A stretch of 64,000 bases of DNA from assembly GCA_963976765.1 (NCBI GenBank), contig CAXBME010000027.1:1-64000 (forward strand), written 5' to 3'. A model generated the notes under the pieces. That model was given only the letters and a program-made list of their open reading frames with translations, did no database searches and was not told where the DNA came from. The DNA is from an uncultured Planctomycetaceae bacterium (GTDB lineage: Bacteria; Planctomycetota; Planctomycetia; Planctomycetales; Planctomycetaceae). Both the position numbers and the translations under genes were made by a program. Positions 47,529 to 57,348 of this stretch are shown piece after piece (the first letter of the stretch is position 1; every line of letters begins with the position of its first letter).

Positions 47529-48674
47529 TCATTTGATGCCCAGGTCCTCCAGTTGTTTGCGAGCAGCACGCAGGCTGCCGGTCGTACTATTCATCCGCAG
47601 CTGCGTTGGCTTGCCCTTCCGGTTCACGTACTGCGGGGCGTGCAGCGACGCCACAGACAGCGGGAGATCGCCCCGCATCAGATTGGTCGGGTAACGCAGC
47701 AGCCGCGACAGCTCTGTGCACGCCTGCTGTCGCGTAGGCTGCGTCAGCGTCTTGATCTCGGATTTGACCTTCCTGGCGACCTCCTGCACTTTGTTAGCGG
47801 TAATAGAACCGTGTGCTGCTACCAGCAGTCGCCGCGACGTCAGCAGGAACATTCGCTTCTGCTCGAGCGTGTAGGGCTCGACCGTGAGACTCTGTAACCC
47901 GCCCGTCACCTGCCCGTATGGCTGGTGAGGTCGCTGATGGTTGATGTCCGGCCACTCCTCGTGGACCAGCCGCGAGAGTTCGGCGAACAACGCGCTGGTG
48001 GCTCGCTCCCCGGAAGCAATCAAAGTCTGCGTCCGCCAGGAGATCAAATCGATGCCGACGTTGCGAGGCAACGCCTCGCGAGCCGGGGGCTCAACCTCGG
48101 CACTCTCCATCTCGTCGACCTCGGTGGCGCTGCACAGGTCCAAATCCAAGTCCAGCCCGCGACGGCGGGACCCCGCTGCCGCACGCTGCGACGCGATGGC
48201 CGCAGCGGTGGTCGCGTACCCCGACCCCGCCGGATCATGGAACACCGCGTGGTCAAGCTGCATCCACATCTGTCGCACCCAGCGGGCGTAGCAGAACGGG
48301 CAAACAGACGCGCGATGGCAAATCCGGAACGACTCCGGCCGGTTGCTGCCGTCAGCCCGGAACCCCGTCGCCCCTTTCGGAATGAAGAACGTGGGACGAC
48401 ATCGCTGGCACTCCGCTCGCTGCCGCAGACCGGCCGGTGTGTTGACGGCCCGGCACCATCCGGCATCGCCCAGCGACTCCACGCGGTCACGCCAAAGCCC
48501 GGCCAGCCCCACGGCCTTCGCGGCAATGATCTGCTGCCGCTTCTCGACTGTCTGTTTGGGCAGCCTGGGAGGCTTGCGTGGCCAGCCCAGCAACGGGAAC
48601 AGGGTCGATTCCTGCTGGACCTTGTCCGGATAACGCATCGGCACCGCGGCCGGGTGAAACACAAACTTTGGCAT
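47529..48674 (-). CDS. Cys-rich hypothetical protein, possibly Rep-like
   Basis: GAGG RBS before MPKFVF; CQRC and CHRASVCPFC motifs. Confidence 0.6.
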   Translation of the reverse strand: MPKFVFHPAAVPMRYPDKVQQESTLFPLLGWPRKPPRLPKQTVEKRQQIIAAKAVGLAGLWRDRVESLGDAGWCRAVNTPAGLRQRAECQRCRPTFFIPKGATGFRADGSNRPESFRICHRASVCPFCYARWVRQMWMQLDHAVFHDPAGSGYATTAAAIASQRAAAGSRRRGLDLDLDLCSATEVDEMESAEVEPPAREALPRNVGIDLISWRTQTLIASGERATSALFAELSRLVHEEWPDINHQRPHQPYGQVTGGLQSLTVEPYTLEQKRMFLLTSRRLLVAAHGSITANKVQEVARKVKSEIKTLTQPTRQQACTELSRLLRYPTNLMRGDLPLSVASLHAPQYVNRKGKPTQLRMNSTTGSLRAARKQLEDLGIK

Positions 48675-49222
48675 AAAGACCTCGCGTATACACACAACCA
48701 TGTACATTAGGGAGCGAAACTTGCCGCAACTCGTAGCTGCGACAGTGGTTACCGTGGATTTCCAGTGTAACCGCGTGGGAAACCCGCCACAATATGAGCT
48801 AATTATTTAACTCATCTACTACCCTTGGTAGTTGGAGGGGGCTCCTGTAGCCCGCCCCACTCCAGTTCTTTTAAGGTGGGGGTTGGGGGTTGGAAATTAT
48901 GGAGTACAGAGCTGTGGTGACGAAATCCAGAGTGACGAGTACGAAGAGCAGAGTGTGACCGGCGAGTAAAGAAACCAACGCCCGCACCTGAACATAAAAC
49001 CACAACAGTCACACAGTCACCCGAGAATCACACAGTAACCTTGCACGAGTTACTGTGCGATCTCCGAGTTACACATCCAATCCACGATCCCGACGAGATT
49101 CCGGTGTCGCGGTACTGTCAGGGGCCGCAGATCGCACGATGTGCTGCAGGCGACTCACCACGGAGCGTCTGATGAGTTGGGCTACGGCGAGCAACGCGCC
49201 ACACCCGCTGCGACGTCGTGCG

Positions 49223-50344
49223 TCAGCCGCAATCTGGCATCTGGCGGACACGCAGGCTGGCTGGCCATTCGGCCCAGTCGCCGCCGTGACCATCACTGAG
49301 CTTCATCCGCTGGCCACCGCACAAGACATTCGATCCGAGCTGCTTCAGGAAGTACGGCACACCGGCTTCGGCGCAGACATCCAGCAGCCTCTTTGCCCAC
49401 TCAAGGTGAAACGGGCGAGCGTTGGCCTGGCCGCCGGATTCCCCTCCCTGAATCACCCAGTCGTACTGGCCGATGTTGGGCGTGAGGTCGACTGATGCGA
49501 ACTGCGGCTCGACTGACAGAAACCGTGTCGTCCGGTCGTTACCAACCGACAGCAGGTCCTTCGCACGACCGTAGCTCTCAGGGCTGGTAACAGAAGTTCC
49601 CGCCCATAAGTTGGCCGGCCATTCGTGGCCGTGCGACAAAAGCCAGTCCGAGAACTTCGCCATGCGACCTGGCCGCTTCGTCAGCCACAGCCAGCGATGC
49701 CGTCGCCCCTTCTCGCTCTCAGCCGTCTGGATGATCTCGTCGAGCAGGAATTCGAAGTCGATCCCCTGCGACAACGCATCGCCCATGTCTGAAACGAAGA
49801 TGAGCCGTGGTAGTCCATCGAGCCACGGTTTTTCGGGACGGGCGGTTCCAGTCAAGTCGCACGACTTTGCTGTCTCTGCGACACGTCCTGGCATCTGCGT
49901 GACCTGTTCGAACGTGGGTGCGTATCCGCGATTCACCTGACGGCCAGGGTTCACAATCGAACGTCCGCGATTCGCATGGAGCTGAGCCGCATAGCAGGTC
50001 AAATGACGTTCAATGGCATGGACAATGGTCTTCCCCGCCGACTTACCGAATTGACTCGCGACTCGCTCGCCAATCATGTGCCTGAGGTGGCGAATGTTGG
50101 TCGTTGTGATGTCGTTTACGTGCCCAGCCTTCGGCTGATCGACCTTGGCCCAGGCGGTCGCGAGAGCCTGTCTGGTGACTTCTCGCGACATACCCTGTTG
50201 CCACCCCGGACAACCAGCGTCCAACAGCGTCCTGTCCATCGCGGCGAGCAGTACGCCAGGAGCCGAATACAGCTCACAGCCATCGCACCCCATCACCGGG
50301 TTTACAGTGCTGTCACACCACTGAATTTTAGTAGTCTTCGCCAT
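49223..50344 (-). CDS. Phage Gp37/Gp68 (DUF5131) radical-SAM-like protein
   Basis: TKIQWCDSTVNPVMGC, CYA, FVSDMGD, LTKRP, FLSVEP, WVIQGGESG, FLKQLG. Confidence 0.9.
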   Translation of the reverse strand: MAKTTKIQWCDSTVNPVMGCDGCELYSAPGVLLAAMDRTLLDAGCPGWQQGMSREVTRQALATAWAKVDQPKAGHVNDITTTNIRHLRHMIGERVASQFGKSAGKTIVHAIERHLTCYAAQLHANRGRSIVNPGRQVNRGYAPTFEQVTQMPGRVAETAKSCDLTGTARPEKPWLDGLPRLIFVSDMGDALSQGIDFEFLLDEIIQTAESEKGRRHRWLWLTKRPGRMAKFSDWLLSHGHEWPANLWAGTSVTSPESYGRAKDLLSVGNDRTTRFLSVEPQFASVDLTPNIGQYDWVIQGGESGGQANARPFHLEWAKRLLDVCAEAGVPYFLKQLGSNVLCGGQRMKLSDGHGGDWAEWPASLRVRQMPDCG

Positions 50345-51182
50345 CTCAAGAATTCTCCGTTTGTGCTTTAGTGTCCCCAGCAGGCCGCGACGTAGCCGAC
50401 AATCGTTGGACGTCGCGGCGAATGAAGGGGATAGCGCCAGCGCTGCCGGCAACTGCCACGCCCCGAAGAAGGGCTGCAGTTCGACTCGCGAGACGACCTG
50501 TCTCCGAGTCCGCCGCGATCGTCGCGGCATCACTCCTGAACTCGCATCATTCGGCATCGCAGGAAGTGGTGTCCCTGCGGCGCCTCGACGCACCCGAGAA
50601 GACCTCGAAGCGCGTTTCGAGTTCAGGTCAGCTGAACTCCATCTATTGCCAGGCCGGTACGATCGAAGAGGGCGGTTCTTTCGGTTTCAGAACCCGCGCG
50701 TTGCTCCAACGGCGATCGAGTCAAGGACTCGTGTGGCTGGGTGTCGTCGTGCATGGCCGCCGTGTTGCGAATCCGCCGAGCTGACACTCAAAGTGTCACG
50801 CTACTCAGTGAATGTGGCTCAATCTGCCTCGCAACAACAACCCGACCGGAACGGCTGACCCGTTCCATCCGAAAGCACGTGGCGAGTGCTTTCCCAGCGT
50901 CTCTGCGCTGCTACGTCCAACCGGACGCCGCCGTCAGTCACGACATGTAAGAGTGCGACTGGCGTAGGAGTTTATCGTCCGATACTCGAAGATCAACGAG
51001 TAAATTGAAAACAGCGGCAGGGCTTAGAACGCAAGCCTGGCAGGACTGACGTCAGGCCGGCGAGTCGTCTACTTTCAGCGTGTGGCCACGCCGTGGACTG
51101 ACTCATCACTGTCAGTGGCTTACACGGTCCAAGGCCCCACTCGACCAGTTAGCAGAAAGCCCAGGTGCATCAGCAGCCGTCA

Positions 51183-51965
51183 TCAAGACTCCCTGTGAGC
51201 TGGATCGACGAGGCCGCTGATTCTGTTGTGGAAGCCGTTGCGAGGGATGTCTGGCCCATTCCTGGGGCTCTCCGCCTCGGCAGCTCTCATGGCATGGAAT
51301 TCCTGGGCGATGCGGTCGTTGACTGCCTCTTCTGATGAATCCAGCAGAGGTCCTGCTACTACTTGCTCATTGGCGATCACAGGGTCTGGACTGCCGACCG
51401 GGAGCTCGACAGTGGCCAGTGCTTCAGCCGTCTCATGTGATGAACTTGCGGGGCTCGCAACTCTGCCGATCAACTTCTGGTGAAGTGTCAGGTCCTTTAT
51501 CGCCGTGCTGAGCCGCTTCTGGCAGGCAGTGATGCGTTTATCCAACGTCGCCGTGACTGCGGGAGAGAGGCTTGTATCTGCCTGGGCAAGAGTCCCTTCC
51601 GCATGAGCTAACTGCATCCTGCACATCACGACCCGCTCGGCCAACAGCTTCGCCAGTGGCGAAGCATCCTTTCCGACGAGTTCGACTATCTGGGCATAGC
51701 AGTCCCGAATCAGCGATTCCCTCATCAGGTAGTTCGTGCCGCTGATGAGATCGATCCACTTGACTCGCGCGACCGCTGCAACATCGCCAAGACTCACCCA
51801 GATGCTGGGATCATCATCAAGCAGCCCGCGAAGCTGCGGGATGACAGAGGCGTCGCCCTGCTGAGCACGAGTCAGGATCGCGTGGATTTCTGCGATCCGC
51901 TCCGGGCTGCGTCGGTTGGGCTCTGTGTTATCTACCTGTCCGCTTTTCGTGGTCGTCCCTGACAT
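51183..51965 (-). CDS. Hypothetical helical protein
   Basis: Long ORF coupled to upstream small gene. Confidence 0.65.
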   Translation of the reverse strand: MSGTTTKSGQVDNTEPNRRSPERIAEIHAILTRAQQGDASVIPQLRGLLDDDPSIWVSLGDVAAVARVKWIDLISGTNYLMRESLIRDCYAQIVELVGKDASPLAKLLAERVVMCRMQLAHAEGTLAQADTSLSPAVTATLDKRITACQKRLSTAIKDLTLHQKLIGRVASPASSSHETAEALATVELPVGSPDPVIANEQVVAGPLLDSSEEAVNDRIAQEFHAMRAAEAESPRNGPDIPRNGFHNRISGLVDPAHRES

Positions 51966-52264
51966 CCCTTCTTCCTCCATTCCGATCTGCGCTTGTGATA
52001 CCCCGCTGCCACCAGCGTTGCCTCAAGCATAAGTCGACTAAATTGATTCAGGAGTTCGAGCGACTGGTCAGGGGGGTTGACCTGCTGGCAGAACTCCATG
52101 GTTGCCCGTTCGCCCCGACGCCGTTGGTCGGCTCGATCCTGCATCCGGCGAGCCTCGATCTCCGCCGCGGCGCCGTTCCCGTAGTAGTCCTTGACGACGC
52201 GACCGTCCGGTGTTCGGCGACTGCGGTAGAAGTATTCGTTGCCTGCTCGCCGTTCCCACGCCAT
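51932..52264 (-). CDS. Small basic hypothetical protein
   Basis: MAWERRAGNEYFYRSRR...RVVKDYYG. Confidence 0.65.
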   Translation of the reverse strand: MAWERRAGNEYFYRSRRTPDGRVVKDYYGNGAAAEIEARRMQDRADQRRRGERATMEFCQQVNPPDQSLELLNQFSRLMLEATLVAAGYHKRRSEWRKKGCQGRPRKADR

Positions 52265-52362
52265 GAGATTTCCTGAATGTGCTACCGGGTGCCAGTGTCC
52301 CGGTTTTCGGCCTGGCGACACTTGTTGTTGTTCGACGTCGATGTCACGGACTCGTTGGCAAG

Positions 52363-53184
52363 TCACAGGATTTCGGCGTCGCGGCTTGCGGCTTTTCCAT
52401 CTTCAGGACTGTCGTGGGGCTGACCGTGTTTCCTGCCACTACGGCGTAAGGATTCAACCAGGTCATGCCTCGTCTTTCGCTGCTTGTCGAACACCTCAGC
52501 GGCAAACTGGTCAAGATAGTGGTCAAGCCAGATTTGGCGGTTTTCTTCGGTGACTGGTGCCATCCAGATGGTCATCGCGGCTCGCGTGTTCTTCGCGACT
52601 TGCGAATCGAGCTGAGTATCCAGTGCCACATCATTCACGTCGCAGGTTGCGATGTCATCCGCGTAGACCGCCAACAGCAAGTTGAGGACATGATGTCCGC
52701 CGAAATAGGCATACGATCGAAATGCAGTTTCAATGGGCACCGGTGTGTCAAACCGGACCGGTGTTCGGATCGCATGATGCTGGATATAGCCCGCGTGTTG
52801 CAGTCGCGTCGAAACCTCAAAGAACAGGTCCCGATACGACGTGACGACGTCGAGCGGCAGCTGGAGTTGTTGGGCCACGCTCTCCAGAGGCAATCCTGTC
52901 AGCAGCCGCGACTCCAGCAGGCATCGGTCCCAGCCGTTTGCCTGCCAGATTGCATGCGCTCGGCTCACGCAATCTGAACGCGTCTCAACCTCTGGCCCCT
53001 GCGACGCCGTACGCAACACATCGATTGCTTCGAGGGTAATCGCGTCTGGCGGCGGATTCACAGCGACGGCCGGAGTCTCCTCAAAAATGGCTTTCGCGAG
53101 ATACCATCGCCAGGCAGGTGGTCGGATCGGATTCTGGCACCAAAGTCGAAATTTGCCACGTGTTGACATCATCGTCAGCTCCAC
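52363..53184 (-). CDS. Hypothetical protein with possible HTH
   Basis: RPPAWRW; LESRLLTGLPLESVAQQLQLPLDVV..Y..LFF. Confidence 0.7.
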   Translation of the reverse strand: MELTMMSTRGKFRLWCQNPIRPPAWRWYLAKAIFEETPAVAVNPPPDAITLEAIDVLRTASQGPEVETRSDCVSRAHAIWQANGWDRCLLESRLLTGLPLESVAQQLQLPLDVVTSYRDLFFEVSTRLQHAGYIQHHAIRTPVRFDTPVPIETAFRSYAYFGGHHVLNLLLAVYADDIATCDVNDVALDTQLDSQVAKNTRAAMTIWMAPVTEENRQIWLDHYLDQFAAEVFDKQRKTRHDLVESLRRSGRKHGQPHDSPEDGKAASRDAEIL

Positions 53185-53208
53185 TTCCGTGTGGTCATTG
53201 AAAAACTG

Positions 53209-54804
53209 TCAGTTCTTTGCGTCGCTCGACACTTCAGCCTTCACTGCGTCGATCCAGCGTTTCTTGCTCGGCACGACTGGATTGTCGTCAATGACAGCAG
53301 CGAGCAGGGTAAGCTCGGGCATCGCCAGGCTCTCAAGGCGTTCCTCGAGAACGTCCACAGCAGGGCGTTCTCCGATCAAGTCGCCGCAAAGCTCCTTGCC
53401 ATCGTTCAGCCATCCCTTTAGCCGGGAGGCAATCTTGTCACTGTCACCGAAGAATTCATCCTCGCACGCAATGAGGCCGTCTCGCTGGAGATTTCGCAAT
53501 TTCGCTCGGAATACATCGACGACTGAGAGTCCCGCCGGAACAGGAGCAATTGACTCTCCATCATCATCCGTGCGGCGAGCCTGCACCTCGCTCAGTACGG
53601 CTTGAAGTGCCGCTGTGGCTAATTCCCTCGGCTCTTGCCCGACTTCGCGGAACAGGGCGACACGCTCGTCAACCGCGAGAAACCTGGCGTTGCGAAGAAC
53701 CTCCGGAGCGTCGTTCAGCTCATTGATCAATCGAGCGGTCTCCAGTCCGCAGACATCGCTCCTGTTAACTCCTTTCTCACGCAGCCACTCAAAAACGCGG
53801 CTGGAAATCGCGCTGTACCGGTCATCCTCGTCCGCGTAGCGTTGACAGGCTGCGCTGACGTATTCCGACCACGCATCGAGAGGCATGACGACCTCGCCTG
53901 CGTCGTCCTGATACCGGCAAGGCAGAATGTCGAGAAACTTGATCGAGAGCAGCCACGGTGCGCAGCACACAACGTATTCTTCGAGGTCTTCGATACTCGT
54001 TCGCTCCTGTAGCCACTCATCGACGGCCAGCATCCAGTCATACGACTCACCGAATTTCAGCACTGTTGATGGCGTCGCTGCCGCAATTCCTGCCGCAACG
54101 AGTCGTTCGAGGGCAAGAGCGAACTCACCAGCCGCTTCGGGGTTGCTGTCCCGGAGCCGTTTGGAAACGAACGCCGGCCTGAGTGCATCGAACCAGCGGT
54201 CACGAAATACGTCCGGTAGCTTGAAATAGTCGTCCACGTCTCGCAGCTTGAGGGTACTTACGCTCTCACGAACGGAGTCGTCGTCGTCACTGTCCAGCGG
54301 CTCTCCATTCTTCGTCTCCGCGTATCTGCGCCGCATCTCGTAAACTTCCACGTACTTCAGTGAACGGCGAATCTTGCCTTCGCTGGTCCCAAGGCGTTCT
54401 GCAAGCTGGCGATTAGACACATTGTCATCCGAGTCCAGGATTCCGGCAAACATGAAGCCTTCGAGCAACGGATCGTGAGTCCCGTGTTGATTCCTCATGA
54501 AGGTCTGGATTCGGGCCTCGGTCTCATTCATGTTCTCGACAATCTCACACAACACCTCGGTGAGTCCGACGTCGCGTGCAGCACGGTAGTTGTGGGCGCC
54601 GTCTGATATCTCGTAATGGTCGTCCACAGGGCGAACGACGATCGGCTTGCATATCCGTCCCTGTCGCCGCACCTCGGCAACCAGCTGCTCGTAGTCCTCA
54701 TCGTCCATCTTGTTGGGGTTCCAGGCATTCTCTCGTAAGTGAGAGATGTTCAGAGTCCGAATGTCGTGCGGGGTCGGTGTCATTTCGCAATTCCTGTCGG
54801 TCAT
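53209..54804 (-). CDS. ParB/Srx N-terminal domain protein with HTH
   Basis: NAWNPN, PIVVRP, ISDGAHNYRAA, SNRQLAERLGTSEGKI; AAAGGAG RBS. Confidence 0.85.
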   Translation of the reverse strand: MTDRNCEMTPTPHDIRTLNISHLRENAWNPNKMDDEDYEQLVAEVRRQGRICKPIVVRPVDDHYEISDGAHNYRAARDVGLTEVLCEIVENMNETEARIQTFMRNQHGTHDPLLEGFMFAGILDSDDNVSNRQLAERLGTSEGKIRRSLKYVEVYEMRRRYAETKNGEPLDSDDDDSVRESVSTLKLRDVDDYFKLPDVFRDRWFDALRPAFVSKRLRDSNPEAAGEFALALERLVAAGIAAATPSTVLKFGESYDWMLAVDEWLQERTSIEDLEEYVVCCAPWLLSIKFLDILPCRYQDDAGEVVMPLDAWSEYVSAACQRYADEDDRYSAISSRVFEWLREKGVNRSDVCGLETARLINELNDAPEVLRNARFLAVDERVALFREVGQEPRELATAALQAVLSEVQARRTDDDGESIAPVPAGLSVVDVFRAKLRNLQRDGLIACEDEFFGDSDKIASRLKGWLNDGKELCGDLIGERPAVDVLEERLESLAMPELTLLAAVIDDNPVVPSKKRWIDAVKAEVSSDAKN

Positions 54805-54888
54805 CTTACCACTCCTTTGTGTGTGTATTATCGGTAACAAACTGAGGCCGGGCCCAGACACAAGAACGTGCGGTGAGTCCCGTGCAGA

Positions 54889-55125
54889 TTACTTCTTCCC
54901 CTTGCCACCCGACGTCTTGTGGCTGGCTTTGGACGGGCGAACGTCCTCGACGAGGTCTTGCACGGCAGCAGCGTCTTTGCCGAGCAGACTTCTGGCAGCT
55001 TCGATCGCCGCGTTGCAGATGAACTCTGTATGTGAAGTTCCGGTCATCGCCGCTGCCACTCCCAGCAGCTGGTGTTCTTTCGGGCTAACGCGAATCTTGA
55101 TCTGCTTGTAGTCCTTATCCACCAT
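54889..55125 (-). CDS. Ribbon-helix-helix (DUF1778-like) regulator
   Basis: QIKIRVSPKEHQLLGVAAAMTGTSHTEFI..AA. Confidence 0.75.
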   Translation of the reverse strand: MVDKDYKQIKIRVSPKEHQLLGVAAAMTGTSHTEFICNAAIEAARSLLGKDAAAVQDLVEDVRPSKASHKTSGGKGKK

Positions 55126-55181
55126 GAATCCCCTTTGTGTTGCTGCGTACGCCTTGACAGCCGCGTACCATAGGGTCAAGC

Positions 55182-55203
55182 TCCGGGTCTTGCAAGACCC
55201 GGA
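55182..55203. promoter_or_regulatory. Perfect 22-bp palindrome in divergent promoter region
   Basis: tccgggtcttgcaagacccgga. Confidence 0.55.
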
Positions 55204-55288
55204 AGGCCCTGTGGCCCTTGATTGACTTGCCTTGTCGCTCGATGAGCCGACACAGCAAGCTCAGTGGCCCACCCCCAGAGGATTCAAG

Positions 55289-56728
55289 ATGACCAATCCT
55301 GTCGACTCTGAAGCTGAACGATCCTCGCGGACAGTCACCATTCACGCCTCAGACCAGTTGGTCTCTGAAGGAAGTGTGGCAGCTCGTGCGTACAGAGTCG
55401 AGTTTCCGACTCGGCAGGTACGGAACGACTTCGCTAATCGCTGGGGACTCGGGAAATCCTACACAGGGAGCACGTCCGGTGGCTGCCGTCTGAAACATGA
55501 ATTGCCAGGACTCACGATCGATCGCAATTTTCCACTCGGGCTGCTGATCAGTCCTGGAGGAGTGAAGCGTGCGGAGAGAATTCTTCGGAAAATGGGGGTT
55601 CAAGCCGAAGTCGTGTGGGAACCGGAGCGTCTCAGGACCAGTCCTCGCCGAGAAGTACTCCCCACACTGGCTAAGGTCAGCCGGCAAGTCATGGATCAGA
55701 TTGCCGACTCGCAACGTGGCCTTATCGAGGTGGGCAGAAACAAGGAGCGGCTCAACCTCGTTCTCGCCATCATCCGGCTCCATCGAGAGGCTCGGTGCCA
55801 GATACTCGTGGCCAGCAAGAAGGACGGAAGGTTCGTCGCTGATCAGCTGCAGAAACGCGGGGTCGAGGCGTCGTTTCTGGCGTCACCACAGTCAGCCGCA
55901 CCTCCGCGTTCCGTGAGGGTATCCTGCGCTCCCGGCGCAAATGCAGAAATCTTCGACCTCTTCATATTCTGGGATGCGTCCTGCGCTACCAGGCCACACT
56001 GCCGCGACGTCATGCAGTTGACGATCGGGCATCGCGTCTTCGGCTTTGTCGATGTCGGGTGGTCAGCAAGTCCTGACCTGACGACAAAGATATGGATCGA
56101 ATCCCTCGTTGGCCCTGTGCTGAGCTCGTCGGTCGTCGGAATGGCTGAGCCTCGTAGGATGGCAACGATCCCGTACCGTTGCAGAGAACGCGTCGGGAAG
56201 GACGCCAGCCCACTCACGCGGAAACGCCGCCTCATCTGGGACAACAGGAATCGGAACAAGGTCATCGCTGACTTCGCCACAGAGCTGCACACAGGTCGCG
56301 CCGCCAGCTCGACGGCCGTGAAGCAGGTCAGGAAGCATCTCGACAACCAGGCGGCGCAGTGCATCATCCTGGTGGAAAAACCGGAGCATGCACGGCAGTT
56401 ATCGGGTGTGCTGCCTGGCTGGGACGTGGTCACGTATTCGCCAGACGCGGTCGAAGAAATACGCGAAACCGGCGGACTGCGCAGTCGTCCGATCCTGCAC
56501 TCTAAGAAGGTGATCATGACGACGCCGGCTGCAAACGCGATCTACGGTGGCGGAGTGCAGTGCCATCACAACGTCGCCGTGTGGGCTGGCGGGGGGCCGA
56601 GACCGAGCAGTTGCCCGATCATCCAGGAAATCGCGGTCGTGGTCGACGTTCGAGATAAAGGCGAACCTGCCATGGAGAAACAGGCTACGGCGCGAGTCAA
56701 GAGCTACCGGGCCCAGACCTGCCACTAG
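55289..56728 (+). CDS. Degenerate SF2 (UvsW/XPB-like) helicase-fold protein
   Basis: Motif skeleton kept (RGLIEV, ILVASK, DLFIFWDA, RVFGF, NRNKVIA, IILVEKPEHA, VVDVRD..R..Y) but no GKT or DExH. Confidence 0.6.
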   Translation: MTNPVDSEAERSSRTVTIHASDQLVSEGSVAARAYRVEFPTRQVRNDFANRWGLGKSYTGSTSGGCRLKHELPGLTIDRNFPLGLLISPGGVKRAERILRKMGVQAEVVWEPERLRTSPRREVLPTLAKVSRQVMDQIADSQRGLIEVGRNKERLNLVLAIIRLHREARCQILVASKKDGRFVADQLQKRGVEASFLASPQSAAPPRSVRVSCAPGANAEIFDLFIFWDASCATRPHCRDVMQLTIGHRVFGFVDVGWSASPDLTTKIWIESLVGPVLSSSVVGMAEPRRMATIPYRCRERVGKDASPLTRKRRLIWDNRNRNKVIADFATELHTGRAASSTAVKQVRKHLDNQAAQCIILVEKPEHARQLSGVLPGWDVVTYSPDAVEEIRETGGLRSRPILHSKKVIMTTPAANAIYGGGVQCHHNVAVWAGGGPRPSSCPIIQEIAVVVDVRDKGEPAMEKQATARVKSYRAQTCH

Positions 56729-56759
56729 TCTGTTAGCGGTAATAAACTAGAGCGGAGCG

Positions 56760-57330
56760 ACGAATTCATACGACGTATCTATCGACAGTCAAATGCACAC
56801 AACAAGACGCACATCAAGAACGACGTCCTGCGGCAGGACAGTTCTCAGCAGGACGCTGAGAACACGAGGGTGGACCAGCCGCACACCACGGTCCAGCTTC
56901 ACAACACGAGAGAGCCCGTCCAGCGCGGACCGACTCTCACGTAACCCGCAAACCTGTCAGAAGTCCAGACAATCCAAGGGAACCGCTAACTCAGGGACCG
57001 CAGTAGCGACTCCCTCCCGGAGTGTTACGGAGCCCAAAGGAAAACCACGTCTGGCAGTCAGGAACGCAACAAGGGTGGAACACAGCACACCTTCAGCAGT
57101 ACCGGTAAGGAAACCACAGACAGGTACTACAGGTGTTGCGAGGTTCGTAACGGAGCTATCGGGGATGGGGATACTTCCCTCTTCTCTGTCATTTGTCTCC
57201 AGTACGTTTCCGTGGCTCCGCCGACTGGACGAATTTTGTCGGGTGCAACCCGGCGCACAGCACTTGTTCCGGGCAGGTGCTGTGCTTCTTCTGACTGTGT
57301 ACGGCACGGTCTCGACGCGTCGCGAGACTT
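56760..57330 (+). ncRNA. Putative structured non-coding RNA upstream of RT
   Basis: Numerous tandem and nested helices, plus long-range acagtca (56785-91) / tgactgt (57292-98) pairing. Confidence 0.55.
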
Positions 57331-57348
57331 CTAAACAAAGGAGGGCAA

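Noticed and set aside
49011..57300. 9-bp complementarity between acacagtca (49011-19) and tgactgtgt (57292-300) linking the two structured regions
   Set aside because: Too short to be significant at this scale.
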